NCBI GenBank assembly: GCA_965217585.1
Contig: OZ244561.1
Location: 3,840,001 to 3,904,000, forward strand
DNA: 64,000 nucleotides
Reading direction: 5' to 3'
Source of the DNA: Candidatus Latescibacterota bacterium
GTDB lineage: Bacteria; Latescibacterota; UBA2968; UBA8231
The notes beneath the pieces are model-generated. The model did not search any database, was not told the origin of the DNA, and saw only the letters and a list, made by a program, of their open reading frames with translations. Below, one piece after another: positions 39,116 to 51,383 of the stretch. How positions within the stretch are numbered: the first letter of the stretch is position 1; each line of letters starts with the position of its first letter. A program made the translations under genes and the position numbers.

Positions 39116-40581
39116 GCAAGCTCCTCGCCTTTGACCTAGGAGCCGAGAGTGGCCGCGCCATCGTCGGGCATTTCGACGGCGAGCGCCTAGCGCTAGAAGA
39201 GTTGCACCGCTTTGCGAACGGTCCGGTTCAAGTCTTCGATCGTCTCTACTGGGACCCTTTGCGCCTCTTCGCCGATATGAAACAGGGCCTCGGTCTGTTT
39301 GCCCGCGCACACGGCAAGGCACTCGATGCCATTGGCGTCGATACTTGGGGAGTTGATTTCGCCCTCCTCGGGCCTGGGGACGTGCTCTTGGACAATCCGC
39401 GCAACTACCGCGACCCGCGCACCGACGGCATGTTAGAGGAAGCCTTTGCACGGGTGCCGCGCGAGGAAATTTTCGCGCGCACCGGCGTGCAGTTTTTGAA
39501 GCTCAACACCTTGTATCAACTGCTTTCGCTGCGCGACTCGCCCTTGCTGGAATGGGCGCGGACCTTCCTGATGATGGCCGACCTTTTCAATTTTTATTTT
39601 ACGGGCACCAAGACCTGCGAATTTTCCAACGCCACTACCACCCAGTTCTACGATCCGCGCCAAGGCACTTGGTCGGTCGAACTCCTAGAAGGACTGGGGC
39701 TGCCGACCCACTTTCTTCCCCAGATCGTCCAGCCCGGAACCCGCATAGGCTCGCTCCTGCCTTCTATTGCTGCTGAAGTAGGGCTCAATTCGGTCCCGGT
39801 CATCGCTCCAGCTACTCACGATACGGGCGCGGCCGTGGCCGCCGTGCCCGCCGAAGTCCGCGACTACGCCTATATCAGCTCGGGAACTTGGTCGCTGATG
39901 GGCGTCGAGCTCGACCAACCGCTCATTAGCCACCAAGCATTCCAGTACAATTTCACCAACGAAGGGGGCGTCGGGCCGACCTACCGCTTCCTCAAAAATA
40001 TCATGGGGCTGTGGCTGATACAGGAGTGCCGGCGCGCTTGGCAGCGCGAAGGCCGCTCCTTTTCCTACGACGAGCTGGCGGCCATGGCCCAAAGCGCTGC
40101 ACCCTTTACCGCTTTCGTCGAGCCGGACGCCGAGTGCTTTCTCGCGCCGGGCGACATGCCCGCCAGAATCCGCGCCTATTGCCAAGAGACGGGCCAAGCC
40201 ATTCCAGCCGACGAGGGGCACGTCGCGCGCGTGGCCCTCGAAAGCCTAGCGTTTAAGTACCGCTACGTGCTCGACGCGTTAGAGACCATTCTCGGCCGCC
40301 GCCTCGAATGCATCCACATAGTCGGCGGCGGGATCCAAAACCGCCTGCTCTGCCAGTTTACCGCCTCGGCTACTGGTCGTCCGGTCGTCGCCGGGCCGCT
40401 TGAAGCTACGGCCATCGGCAATTTAATGCTCCAGCTCATGGGCCTAGGCCAGATGTCTTCGCTGGCCGAAATCCGCCAAGTCGTGCGCCACTCCTTCGCG
40501 CCCGTTGTGTACGAGCCGGAACAAGCCGCGGCTTGGGACGCGGCCTACGACCGCTTCCGCCCGCTGCTCCCCCCAGCCTGA
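39112..40581 (+). CDS. rhaB: Rhamnulokinase/FGGY family carbohydrate kinase
   Basis: AFDLGAESGR, DTWGVD, YRDPRT, HDT, ISSGTWSL, TNEGG, KNIMGLW, EATAIGN. Confidence 0.9.
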   Translation: MSKLLAFDLGAESGRAIVGHFDGERLALEELHRFANGPVQVFDRLYWDPLRLFADMKQGLGLFARAHGKALDAIGVDTWGVDFALLGPGDVLLDNPRNYRDPRTDGMLEEAFARVPREEIFARTGVQFLKLNTLYQLLSLRDSPLLEWARTFLMMADLFNFYFTGTKTCEFSNATTTQFYDPRQGTWSVELLEGLGLPTHFLPQIVQPGTRIGSLLPSIAAEVGLNSVPVIAPATHDTGAAVAAVPAEVRDYAYISSGTWSLMGVELDQPLISHQAFQYNFTNEGGVGPTYRFLKNIMGLWLIQECRRAWQREGRSFSYDELAAMAQSAAPFTAFVEPDAECFLAPGDMPARIRAYCQETGQAIPADEGHVARVALESLAFKYRYVLDALETILGRRLECIHIVGGGIQNRLLCQFTASATGRPVVAGPLEATAIGNLMLQLMGLGQMSSLAEIRQVVRHSFAPVVYEPEQAAAWDAAYDRFRPLLPPA

Positions 40582-40660
40582 TTTCGGGCTGGAACCGCGC
40601 TCTTCCTCGGTAGTCCTACTTAAGAACCTGTCGTTTCTCTTTTTATCGTTTGAGCTACTT

Positions 40661-41509
40661 ATGGGAAAAAGCAGCCTCGATTCGCGAGGTCTGACCGAGT
40701 CCTATTGGCGCGACATTCAGCACTTTCAACCGCTGAGCCGCCAACGAGAGATCGAGCTGGTGCATAGAGCGCGCGCTGGCGACGAGCGCGCCATGCACCA
40801 GATGGTCGAAGCCAACTTGCGCTTTGTCGTCCGCATCGCGAGGGGGTACCACGGGCGCGGGCTTTCCTTTATGGAGTTGATTTCCGAGGGCAACCTCGGG
40901 CTGCTGGAAGCGGTTCAGCGCTTTGACGAGACCCGCGGCTTTAAGTTCATCACCTATGCGGTATGGTGGATTCGCCAAGCCATCCTCCGGGCCTTAGCCG
41001 AACACGGCAAAATTGCTCGCCCGCCGCTGAGCCGGGTCAATGACCTGCAAAAGGTCGAGCGATGGACGGGTATCCTCGCCCAAAAACTGGGGCGCAATCC
41101 CACCCCCGAGGAAATCGCCAACAGCGCCGAATTATCGCTGGAGAGGACGCACAATGCCCTTCACATGGCCCAGCCCGATATCTCTATGGACGTGGCGATC
41201 GTGCCCGATGAAAGGGAGCCGCTGATGGCGACCTTCGCGGCTTGCACTCCCGATCCGGCCGATTGCTATGAGCGCGCCGCACTTTCCCATACCCTGCATG
41301 CGTGCCTCGACCTGCTCGACCGGCGCGAACGCCTAGTCGTCCGCGCCTATTTCGGCCTCGACGACCAAGAGCCCCAGACGCTGGAGCAAATCGGCGTGCA
41401 ATTGGGCCTCACGCGAGAGCGAGTGCGCCAGATCAGGGACGAAGCCCTCGATAAAATGCGAATTCACGCTGGTGATCTACTGCTCGAGCTTTGCAACAAT
41501 CCCGTGTAG
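40661..41509 (+). CDS. RpoD/SigA-family sigma factor lacking region 1.1
   Basis: ANLRFVV, EGNLGL, RFDETRGFKFITYAVWWIRQAI, TLEQIG...LTRERVRQI. Confidence 0.92.
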   Translation: MGKSSLDSRGLTESYWRDIQHFQPLSRQREIELVHRARAGDERAMHQMVEANLRFVVRIARGYHGRGLSFMELISEGNLGLLEAVQRFDETRGFKFITYAVWWIRQAILRALAEHGKIARPPLSRVNDLQKVERWTGILAQKLGRNPTPEEIANSAELSLERTHNALHMAQPDISMDVAIVPDEREPLMATFAACTPDPADCYERAALSHTLHACLDLLDRRERLVVRAYFGLDDQEPQTLEQIGVQLGLTRERVRQIRDEALDKMRIHAGDLLLELCNNPV

Positions 41510-41645
41510 CAAGACGACCCGCTCTCGCTGTGCGAGGCGGATCGCGATATGCGACAAAGGGCTTGATTGAGCGCGGCAAAAGGCTTTCTTTTTTAAATAG
41601 TTATAGAACTATGAAATAGCATTCTCATAGGATAAAGAGACCCTG

Positions 41646-42473
41646 ATGTCTTACAACTTAGCCGATCTCCACATGCATTCTCTGTGCTCTGACGGGTTGC
41701 GGACACCGACCGAAGCAGTCAAAGAGGCCTGTGAAGCGGGCTTGCAAGCGATGAGTTTGACCGATCACGACACAGTCAAAGGCGTCCCCGAAGCCACTGC
41801 GGCCGGCGAGCGTATGCATATGGAAGTGGTGCCCGGTACCGAGTTGAGCGCCCACATCCGGGACCGCGAAGTACACATTCTCGCCTACTGCATCGACTAC
41901 CAAGACGACCAACTCGGCACGACCCTCGCCAAGTCTTTTCAAGCCCGCTACCAGCGGGGGATTGCCATCGTCAAAGCGCTCAACAGCATCGGGCTGACCG
42001 TCAGCCTAGACGACGTGCTCTCCCAAGCCAACGGCAGCCCCCTCGGGCGACCGCACATCGCTGCGGCCATGGTGCAAAACGGCCTAGTAGCCGACAAGGA
42101 CGAAGCCTTCAGCCGCTACATCGGCGACCACGGACCGGCCTTTCAGCCTAAGCCCTACGCCGCAGCCAAAGACCTCATCGCCCTCATCCATCGCACGGGG
42201 GGCGTGGCCGTGCTCGCCCATCCTAGCATCAGCCTCCCCGAGTCCATCATCGAGCAGTTAGTCGCCTACGGGCTCGACGGCATTGAGGTCTTCCATCCGG
42301 CCCACCAGCCAGCGCAAATGGAGTTTTACGACCAACTCGCTGACCGCTACGGCCTGATCAAGTCGGGAGGCTCCGATAGCCACGGTGACAGCGAGGGCAC
42401 CCGCATCGGCGACTACGGAGTCGGCTACGAAGTAATCGAGGCCATGCGCGAGCGGGCCGCTACCTATGCTTAA
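41646..42473 (+). CDS. PHP domain metallophosphoesterase (TrpH/YciV-like)
   Basis: DLHMHS.CSDG, LTDHDT, GRPH, LAHP, GGSDSHG. Confidence 0.92.
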   Translation: MSYNLADLHMHSLCSDGLRTPTEAVKEACEAGLQAMSLTDHDTVKGVPEATAAGERMHMEVVPGTELSAHIRDREVHILAYCIDYQDDQLGTTLAKSFQARYQRGIAIVKALNSIGLTVSLDDVLSQANGSPLGRPHIAAAMVQNGLVADKDEAFSRYIGDHGPAFQPKPYAAAKDLIALIHRTGGVAVLAHPSISLPESIIEQLVAYGLDGIEVFHPAHQPAQMEFYDQLADRYGLIKSGGSDSHGDSEGTRIGDYGVGYEVIEAMRERAATYA

Positions 42474-44177
42474 GTGGCCCAATCACTGGCCCGCAGTGAA
42501 AATGCTCGCTCGATGACCTATTTCTTTTTTCGGCAGGCTGTCCTCTTTGCTTTTTCGCTGCTCGTCCTCGCGCTGCATCTATCGCCCAGCTATGCACTTC
42601 GGCCTCAGCGCTTCCACCAAGCAGCCGAGCCTATTCGCGGGCTCTTCGGCACTTCAATAGGCGACATCGTCTGGAGCGGACGCTATCTATGGGTCGGCAC
42701 CGAGAGTGGGGTGGCGCGGCTCGATCCGGCGCAAAGCAGCGGCCTCAACTCTACGGACTGGGTCACCTTTACCGAGCTCAACGGCCTCGGCCGCGGCGCG
42801 ATCAGCGCCCTCGACGCGGTCGGCGATACCGTGTGGGTAGCAACTTTGGTTGACTCGGTCACCGCCGGACAGGGCGTGAAGCAAGCGGGCACTGGGTTGA
42901 GTTTTTCCCACGACGGCGGCGACTCCTGGCACCACATTCCCAACGAGTTCATTTTCGACCCCACCAAGGCCGGTTTTGAGCGCGGCCCCGGTACGCCCAT
43001 TGACAATGCTTGTTTTGACATCTCCATCGACGGGGAGGCCGTGTACGCCGCCTTTTTCGCCGGCTCTACCGTGCGTTCGCTCGACCAAGGCCGCACTTGG
43101 GAACCCTTCTTGCCCGGCGGCGCAGACGAGATCGTCTTCTTTGCCAGCGAAACGGCGGCCGACAGCTTGCGAATTGTGGCCGACAGTCTCGCACGTGAAA
43201 ACGCCGATCCAAGCAACATCGCCCCGTTGCGCACGGCCGCCGACAGCTTGGCTAGCCAAGAATTCCTACACCGCACCTTTGCGGTTATCGCTTACGGGGA
43301 TACGGTGTGGATCGGCACTGCCAGCGGCATCGCCTTCTCCTTTGATGGAGGCCAGCATTGGCAAAACGCCAAAGTGCGCCTCGGCGAAGAGGGCACTCCC
43401 CTTCCAGGCCATCCGGCTGGCAACTGGGTCGTCGCTCTCGAACGCCAAATACTGCCAAATGGCAGTAGTGCCATCTGGGCGGGAACCAGTACTACCACGT
43501 TGCCCGGCCAAACCCAAGCCATCAGCGTCAGCCGCGACCTCGGCCAGACCTGGGGCCACACTGGGCCGACTTTTGCTTGGGACTTTGCTTTTACCTCCAA
43601 TTTTGTTTGGGCCGGCACCGACCAAGGGCTGCTAGCTAGCCCAGACCCAACCCTACCGACCGACTCAGAACGCGTCTGGGACACCATAGAGGTCGTCGAT
43701 GGACAGCCCCTGACCGGCACCTTTGTCGGGCTTGCAGGGGTGGGCGATGTGCTCTGGGCGGGGGCCGAGCATGGCCTCGGGCGCTCCGAGGACGAAGGGA
43801 AGACCTGGCGCGTCATCCGCGACCTGATCCGCACGCGCACGCTCGACGAAGGTGCCTTCGTCAGCGCCGGAGGCGTGCCCGACAGCACGGCCCTCGCGTA
43901 CGCAGCACCCAATCCTTTCGCTCCCTCGCGCGAAACGACGACCATCGTCTTTAGCCTGTCACAGGATGCAGAGGTATCTGTTGCGATCTACGACTTTGCT
44001 AGCGGCCTAGTCCGCGACCTTGCGGCAGACGCACCCTTTGCCGGCGGCCTCGATCACCGCATCCTTTGGGATGGCCTCGATCAAGACGGCCAACTGGTAG
44101 CCAATGGCACGTACTTTTACCGCATTGCCCTCAACACCGGTCAACAGGCCTTTGGCAGAGTAGTGGTGCTCGATTGA
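42474..44177 (+). CDS. Secreted beta-propeller protein with C-terminal FlgD-Ig/T9SS-type domain
   Basis: WVGT..G blades, S.DGG..W Asp-boxes, YAAPNPF...WDG....VANGTYFY; start may be ATG 42513. Confidence 0.8.
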   Translation: MAQSLARSENARSMTYFFFRQAVLFAFSLLVLALHLSPSYALRPQRFHQAAEPIRGLFGTSIGDIVWSGRYLWVGTESGVARLDPAQSSGLNSTDWVTFTELNGLGRGAISALDAVGDTVWVATLVDSVTAGQGVKQAGTGLSFSHDGGDSWHHIPNEFIFDPTKAGFERGPGTPIDNACFDISIDGEAVYAAFFAGSTVRSLDQGRTWEPFLPGGADEIVFFASETAADSLRIVADSLARENADPSNIAPLRTAADSLASQEFLHRTFAVIAYGDTVWIGTASGIAFSFDGGQHWQNAKVRLGEEGTPLPGHPAGNWVVALERQILPNGSSAIWAGTSTTTLPGQTQAISVSRDLGQTWGHTGPTFAWDFAFTSNFVWAGTDQGLLASPDPTLPTDSERVWDTIEVVDGQPLTGTFVGLAGVGDVLWAGAEHGLGRSEDEGKTWRVIRDLIRTRTLDEGAFVSAGGVPDSTALAYAAPNPFAPSRETTTIVFSLSQDAEVSVAIYDFASGLVRDLAADAPFAGGLDHRILWDGLDQDGQLVANGTYFYRIALNTGQQAFGRVVVLD

Positions 44178-45088
44178 AAACGCTCTTCGCTCTATTACTC
44201 GCGGCCTCCACTGCGCACGGGGCCGATTTTGCCGCCGCCTTTCTCAGAGCGGGGCTGGGCGCCCGCGGCCTAGGACTGGGAGCCTTTGTCGCCGCTGCCG
44301 ACGACGCGTCGTCTCCCTACTGGAATCCAGCCGGCCTCGCTCGCCTGCGCGGCAAGACCCTAGAGACCTCCATGCAGTCGCTCTCGCTGGGGCGGCGGCA
44401 AGGCAGTGCCGCTATTGCGTTCAACGTTCGCGGCGACATGGGCTTTGGCTTTGCTTGGTCGCATGCCGCAGTCGGCGGGATCAAGGGTCGCACGGCCAGT
44501 GGCCAATACACTGGGCCAATCGAGGATCAAGCCAATGCTTTTATCTTCGGGATCGGTCGCTCCCTTGGGCCGCGCCTTGCGGTTGGTTTGGCCGTTAAAA
44601 TCCTCAAGCAGAGCATCAACATTCCCTCAGCTCCCAAGGCCACGGCCAACGGCAGCGGCTTCGACTTGGGGGTGCAGTTCCGCGCGGCCGAGCATACTTG
44701 GCTCGGGGCCGGCGTATCCAATCTCAGCACCGACCTAGCCTGGAAGGTGCGGCGCGCCGACCAGCAGTCGAGCACCACTGAGAACGCCCTGCCGCGCAGT
44801 CTCGTCTTTGGCGCGGCACATCGGCTTTTGGACGCCCTGCTGCTAGCCGCTGAGCTCCGTTCCGACGGGGAACAGAGCGTCAACCTCGGGGCCGAGTGGC
44901 AGCTAAGTGCGCTGCTCGTGATGCGCGGCGGCCTGCACCGCCTCGGCACCGAAGACGGGGGCCAACTCTCGGCTGGTCTGACCTTGCGCCCGGCGCGCCG
45001 CGAGACCGTGCAGTTTCAATACGCTTACTTAACCGACCCCCTCGGCGCTGGAGGCCGCACGACCGTGGGGCTGGCGCTGGCGTTCTGA
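44174..45088 (+). CDS. PorV/PorQ-family outer membrane beta-barrel protein
   Basis: FL..GLGARGLGLG, YWNPAGLA, G.DLG, QYAY, terminal Phe; TTG 44174 overlaps upstream TGA. Confidence 0.78.
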   Translation: MKTLFALLLAASTAHGADFAAAFLRAGLGARGLGLGAFVAAADDASSPYWNPAGLARLRGKTLETSMQSLSLGRRQGSAAIAFNVRGDMGFGFAWSHAAVGGIKGRTASGQYTGPIEDQANAFIFGIGRSLGPRLAVGLAVKILKQSINIPSAPKATANGSGFDLGVQFRAAEHTWLGAGVSNLSTDLAWKVRRADQQSSTTENALPRSLVFGAAHRLLDALLLAAELRSDGEQSVNLGAEWQLSALLVMRGGLHRLGTEDGGQLSAGLTLRPARRETVQFQYAYLTDPLGAGGRTTVGLALAF

Positions 45089-45091
45089 CAA

Positions 45092-45949
45092 GTGATGGCT
45101 CTCTTATTGATTGCGCTTTTAACTCTGCCCACGGCCCTCACCGCCGCCGGCCTGCCCGCGCTGCGCCAAGGCGGCGGGGCCCGCGCTGCGGGCTTGGCCG
45201 GCGCGGAGACTGCCCTATTCGCCGCCCAAGCCCGCAACCCAGCAGCCCGACAATCGCGTGGGCGCAGCGTCGCCTTTAGCCACCAAGCCTCGATCCAGAA
45301 TATCCGCCAGAATCACTTGCACCTTACGCAAGCCCGCGGCCGCGGCACTTGGGGGCTTTCCGCCCAACTGTTACACGACGACAGCCTAGAGCGCCGCACC
45401 GGCCCCTCGGCTGAGCCATTGGGACACTTCGGCGTGTACGAGGGAGCGGTTGGCTTGAGCTACGCCCGCCAGATGGAGCGGACGCGCCTCGGCTGGCAGC
45501 TAAACTTCATCCGCCAGTCCATTTTTACCCAAAACGCCAGCGGCTTGGCCGCTGATTTCGGGCTGCTGTGCGATGTTTCGGCCCGTTTGCGCTTGGGGGC
45601 CACGGTGCGCAACTTGGGCCGCATGAACCGCCTCGACCGACGGGAGACCGACCTGCCCTTAGAAGCTCGTTTAGGCGCCGCTTATGTCGGCCGCACAGAC
45701 ATGCTCGTGACTGTCGAAGCTCAGAAGGCTCGCGGCGGCGACCTCACGCTGCATCTGGGCGGCGAGTACCGGGCCGGTGAGCACCTGCGCCTGCGCGCAG
45801 GCTACCAGAGCACTGAAAACCGCAGCATCGCGGCCGGGCTAGGCCTCGTGGCTAAGCACTGGGTCATCGACTACGCCTATGTGCCCTTTGGCTCGGGCTT
45901 GGGCGACGCGCACTGGCTCAGCCTCCAGTTGGAAAGCGCAAACCCTTGA
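45092..45949 (+). CDS. PorV/PorQ-family outer membrane beta-barrel protein
   Basis: GARAAGLAGA, NPAA, ADFG, RNLG, LRAGY, IDYAYVPFG.GLG..H. Confidence 0.78.
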   Translation: MMALLLIALLTLPTALTAAGLPALRQGGGARAAGLAGAETALFAAQARNPAARQSRGRSVAFSHQASIQNIRQNHLHLTQARGRGTWGLSAQLLHDDSLERRTGPSAEPLGHFGVYEGAVGLSYARQMERTRLGWQLNFIRQSIFTQNASGLAADFGLLCDVSARLRLGATVRNLGRMNRLDRRETDLPLEARLGAAYVGRTDMLVTVEAQKARGGDLTLHLGGEYRAGEHLRLRAGYQSTENRSIAAGLGLVAKHWVIDYAYVPFGSGLGDAHWLSLQLESANP

Positions 45950-46920
45950 ACTTCTGGCGCAAAACAGTGTCGCCGGTGGTGCCGCCAACCCCGCCAACCG
46001 TGCCAACCCCGGCCTCACTCCCGGTCCAGCACACCAACTCCTCGCGTTTATGGGTCCACTTGCTGCTGTTTTGCTGTACCATTGCTTCGACTACGACCGC
46101 TGGCGCCATGCAGCAAGGGGTTGACCCGCTGACCAGCATCGCGGCCTTGGTTCACCTCGTCGAGGGCATCCCTTTTGCCGCGACCTTGCTTTTTATTCTC
46201 ACGGTCCACGAATTTGGCCATTACTTTGCTGCGCGCCGCTGGGGAGTCAGGGCCTCGCTGCCTTACTTTCTCCCCCTGCCCTATGTTTCCTTCCTCGGCA
46301 CCTTGGGCGCGGTCATCAAAATTCGCTCCCCCATCCCCAACAAGCGCGCCCTCCTCGACATTGGTGCCGCCGGCCCCCTAGCGGGCTTTGTCGTCGCCCT
46401 CGCGGCCTGCTTCGCCGGGCTTTCGCGCTCGGCCGTGGTCTCAGCCGATTACTTTCACTCTTCCCCCATCGAATTGGGGGCACCCTTGCTTTTTTCTGGC
46501 ATCGCCGCTCTCGTCTTGCCCGCTATTGGGCCGGACCAAATGGTCCTCTTAGACCCAGTGGCTTTTGCCGGTTGGGTCGGGCTGTTTATTACGGCCTTCA
46601 ACCTCTTTCCGATCGGCCAACTCGATGGCGGCCATATCGCGTACGCGCTCTTTGGCCCCCGGCACCGGCAGATCGCCCGCACGACCTACGTCGCTTTGCT
46701 CGCCTTGGGGCTTTATGGGGTCCTATCGCTGCTGTGGGAATGGCCCCAAGGATGGCCGGGGTGGCTCGCGCTGGCCTTTTTTCTCGCGCTCTTTGGCAAG
46801 GATCACCCGGCCCCCTACGACCCTTTTATCACGCTGGACCGCGGCCGGTACTTCGTTGGCTACCTCTGCCTGCTGATCTTTGTCGTCTGTTTCGCTCCCG
46901 TGCCTTTTGTCACCCACTAA
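45946..46920 (+). CDS. Site-2 protease (peptidase M50)
   Basis: HEFGH, GTLGAVI, DIGAAGP, NLFPIGQLDGGH. Confidence 0.93.
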   Translation: MNFWRKTVSPVVPPTPPTVPTPASLPVQHTNSSRLWVHLLLFCCTIASTTTAGAMQQGVDPLTSIAALVHLVEGIPFAATLLFILTVHEFGHYFAARRWGVRASLPYFLPLPYVSFLGTLGAVIKIRSPIPNKRALLDIGAAGPLAGFVVALAACFAGLSRSAVVSADYFHSSPIELGAPLLFSGIAALVLPAIGPDQMVLLDPVAFAGWVGLFITAFNLFPIGQLDGGHIAYALFGPRHRQIARTTYVALLALGLYGVLSLLWEWPQGWPGWLALAFFLALFGKDHPAPYDPFITLDRGRYFVGYLCLLIFVVCFAPVPFVTH

Positions 46921-46928
46921 GCCGCGCC

Positions 46929-47678
46929 ATGCTCTCGTCCCTATCATTTCTGCTCGCAGTGCTGTTGGCTGGCTGCGCCATAGGCGACAGCGAACAAGTG
47001 GATTGTCGCTGCGCGCCCGACACGAGTGTCCAGCTTTTTCCCCATTGCGCCGACGTGGTCGATGAGCGCCCCGATCCTAAAACCCCGCTATCAACCCAGA
47101 TCCCCGACTGCCCTAGTGGCCAACAGATCTTCCTGCGCGAGCGCACGCGCCCCGAAGCCGTGCTGGCCAATCTCGCTTCTATCTTTCAAGCCCAACCCGA
47201 ATCCCGCAGCCCTCAACAGTACATGGAGCAGTTTACCGACGACTTTGTCTTCGACCCCGACCCCGAAGATGTGCAGCTATATCCAACGATATACAACGCC
47301 GACCGCGATACGCTCTGGGGGGCAGCTGAGGAGCGCAACTTCGCCCGCATCATTCTCTCACCGGAGCGGATCCATAGCGCACGCTTTGTGCGCTGGTTCA
47401 AATCGTCCTTGGACGAGCGCATCCCGGCCGAGGACGAGTTGCGCGAGACCTTCATCTTCCCCTACGAAGCCGAGTTCGTCGAGATAAGCAGCGCAGCCGG
47501 GGCAGACTCCGTGGAAACGACGTTCAACACAATCGGCATTAAGGGCCTTGCGGAAATCGATTTGGTGACGCCAACGGTGGAAAATCCCGTGTGGTCGATC
47601 GCGGCTTGGCGCGACCGGCGCGACCGAGCTTCGGCGAAGTTCTCTTGGGGGGAGTTGCGGGCGCTCTTCTCGCAGTGA
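46929..47678 (+). CDS. Hypothetical lipoprotein (possibly NTF2-like)
   Basis: LLAGC lipobox; Y...FTDDFVF; W.I..WRD; W.ELR. Confidence 0.7.
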   Translation: MLSSLSFLLAVLLAGCAIGDSEQVDCRCAPDTSVQLFPHCADVVDERPDPKTPLSTQIPDCPSGQQIFLRERTRPEAVLANLASIFQAQPESRSPQQYMEQFTDDFVFDPDPEDVQLYPTIYNADRDTLWGAAEERNFARIILSPERIHSARFVRWFKSSLDERIPAEDELRETFIFPYEAEFVEISSAAGADSVETTFNTIGIKGLAEIDLVTPTVENPVWSIAAWRDRRDRASAKFSWGELRALFSQ

Positions 47679-47760
47679 ACGCTCGGCGGATTCCTTTGAT
47701 AATCGCCCCTTTGATTTGTATCTTAACTAGCACAACCAACCCTGCAACAAAAGACGGAGT

Positions 47761-48435
47761 ATGACCGTGAAATCATTCGCCTTCTTGAGCTTTTGCGGCC
47801 TCCTCGCCTTGAGCGCCTGCGACAACCCCTTTAGGCCCAAGCAAATACCCCCCACGGAAAGAGTGCCGCCACTCCCGCCCGCCCCCGAGGCCACGACCCC
47901 CGTGCAACTCATGGACAATCTCGCCCGCGCCATGCGCACCCGCGACGAAGAGCTCTACGAGAGCTTGCTCGACGAAGACTTCTTGTTTACCGAATGGGAT
48001 TGCCTCGGCGAAGTGGTCTTCCACAACAATTTGGAAGAAGAGCTAGCGATCATGGCTGGCAGCCGCGATGGTTCGCAGGAGGGTATTTTCGACAGGTTCC
48101 GCCATAGTTTTACCTTCGACTTTACGATCAAGCGCCGCTATACAGAATTCGGCTCCGAACATCCGGAAGCCTTTCCTGGGGACCCCGACGGACATCCAGA
48201 CGAAGACTGGGAGGTCTTCTATGGGCAGGTCCAAATAGAGATGCTGGAATCGGCTGGCGAGGGCTTCCGCGTAGATCAGAACATGACCTACAAGCTCCGC
48301 CTCGACCCAAACGACAACCTGTGGAAAATTGTTCGCTGGGAGGACGATGCCTTGACAGGTGCCTGCGGCGGCGGCGGCAAGCGCTTGGCAAACGCCTTTA
48401 GCTGGGCGGCACTAAAGCAAAAAATCGCGCCCTGA
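47761..48435 (+). CDS. Hypothetical lipoprotein (possibly NTF2-like)
   Basis: LSAC lipobox, NPFRP, YESLLDEDFLF, WKIVRWED. Confidence 0.75.
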   Translation: MTVKSFAFLSFCGLLALSACDNPFRPKQIPPTERVPPLPPAPEATTPVQLMDNLARAMRTRDEELYESLLDEDFLFTEWDCLGEVVFHNNLEEELAIMAGSRDGSQEGIFDRFRHSFTFDFTIKRRYTEFGSEHPEAFPGDPDGHPDEDWEVFYGQVQIEMLESAGEGFRVDQNMTYKLRLDPNDNLWKIVRWEDDALTGACGGGGKRLANAFSWAALKQKIAP

Positions 48436-48439
48436 GCCA

Positions 48440-50706
<2,267 letters not shown>

Positions 50707-50716
50707 AAGGACCGGC

Positions 50717-51292
50717 TCAGGCCGCTTGGTCGCAGGGCGCGCAGACTAAGGCGAACCGCCGCGTGCCGCCCACATCGAGTTCGGTCGCAAAATCCCTCTT
50801 GACCGGCACGGACTGCTCGCCGCAGAAATCGCACTTGCCGCGCTCTGCGTGTTGGGGAATCGCCCCTACCTCGAACTCGACCTGTTTGCGCTTTTCGCGC
50901 CCTTGGGAAAACAGCCGCGCAAAATTGAGTACTTGCTTGTCGGTCTCGCGCTCTAAGGTCCGCTCTATGATCTGGTCGAGCGCTGGGTCGTCGGGTTTAC
51001 CGCCGTCTTCGAGTGTGTGCCAAGCAGCGCGGCGCACCCGCGCATCTTGGTCTTCGAGCATCCGATAGAGCGCCTGCCAGACCTCGTCTATGCTCTGACG
51101 CACGTGGCAGGGGCACAAAAAGGACGCCGCCTGTAAGCGATCTTCTGGATCGACGCTACGCGACATTTGCAACAACTCCTGAATCTCTTCGCGCCCCACA
51201 CGCAGCTCGCCCGGACGGAAGGCCGCTCGCTGGTGCTTGTTCAGTCCCTTGGGCCTCGAATCGCTGTTGCGTCTTTTTCTGCTCATGTCCAA
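50717..51292 (-). CDS. HEAT-repeat protein with C-terminal CxxC...CxxC zinc finger
   Basis: LCPCH, L.D.DARVRRAAWHTL, CDFC...CAPC. Confidence 0.75.
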   Translation of the reverse strand: MDMSRKRRNSDSRPKGLNKHQRAAFRPGELRVGREEIQELLQMSRSVDPEDRLQAASFLCPCHVRQSIDEVWQALYRMLEDQDARVRRAAWHTLEDGGKPDDPALDQIIERTLERETDKQVLNFARLFSQGREKRKQVEFEVGAIPQHAERGKCDFCGEQSVPVKRDFATELDVGGTRRFALVCAPCDQAA

Positions 51293-51319
51293 TTCTCCTA
51301 TCTCAAGCTTGTCATCATC

Positions 51320-51383
51320 ATCTTAATGGCGAGATTGCTGCAATGTCAAAGGGTTTGACAAAGGCGTTCCCGCCTCGTACTCT
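51320..51383. promoter_or_regulatory. Back-to-back sigma70-type promoters
   Basis: Plus: TTGACA(51355)-17 nt-TACTCT toward yajC; minus: TTGACA(51349)-18 nt-TAAGAT toward the HEAT gene. Confidence 0.55.
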
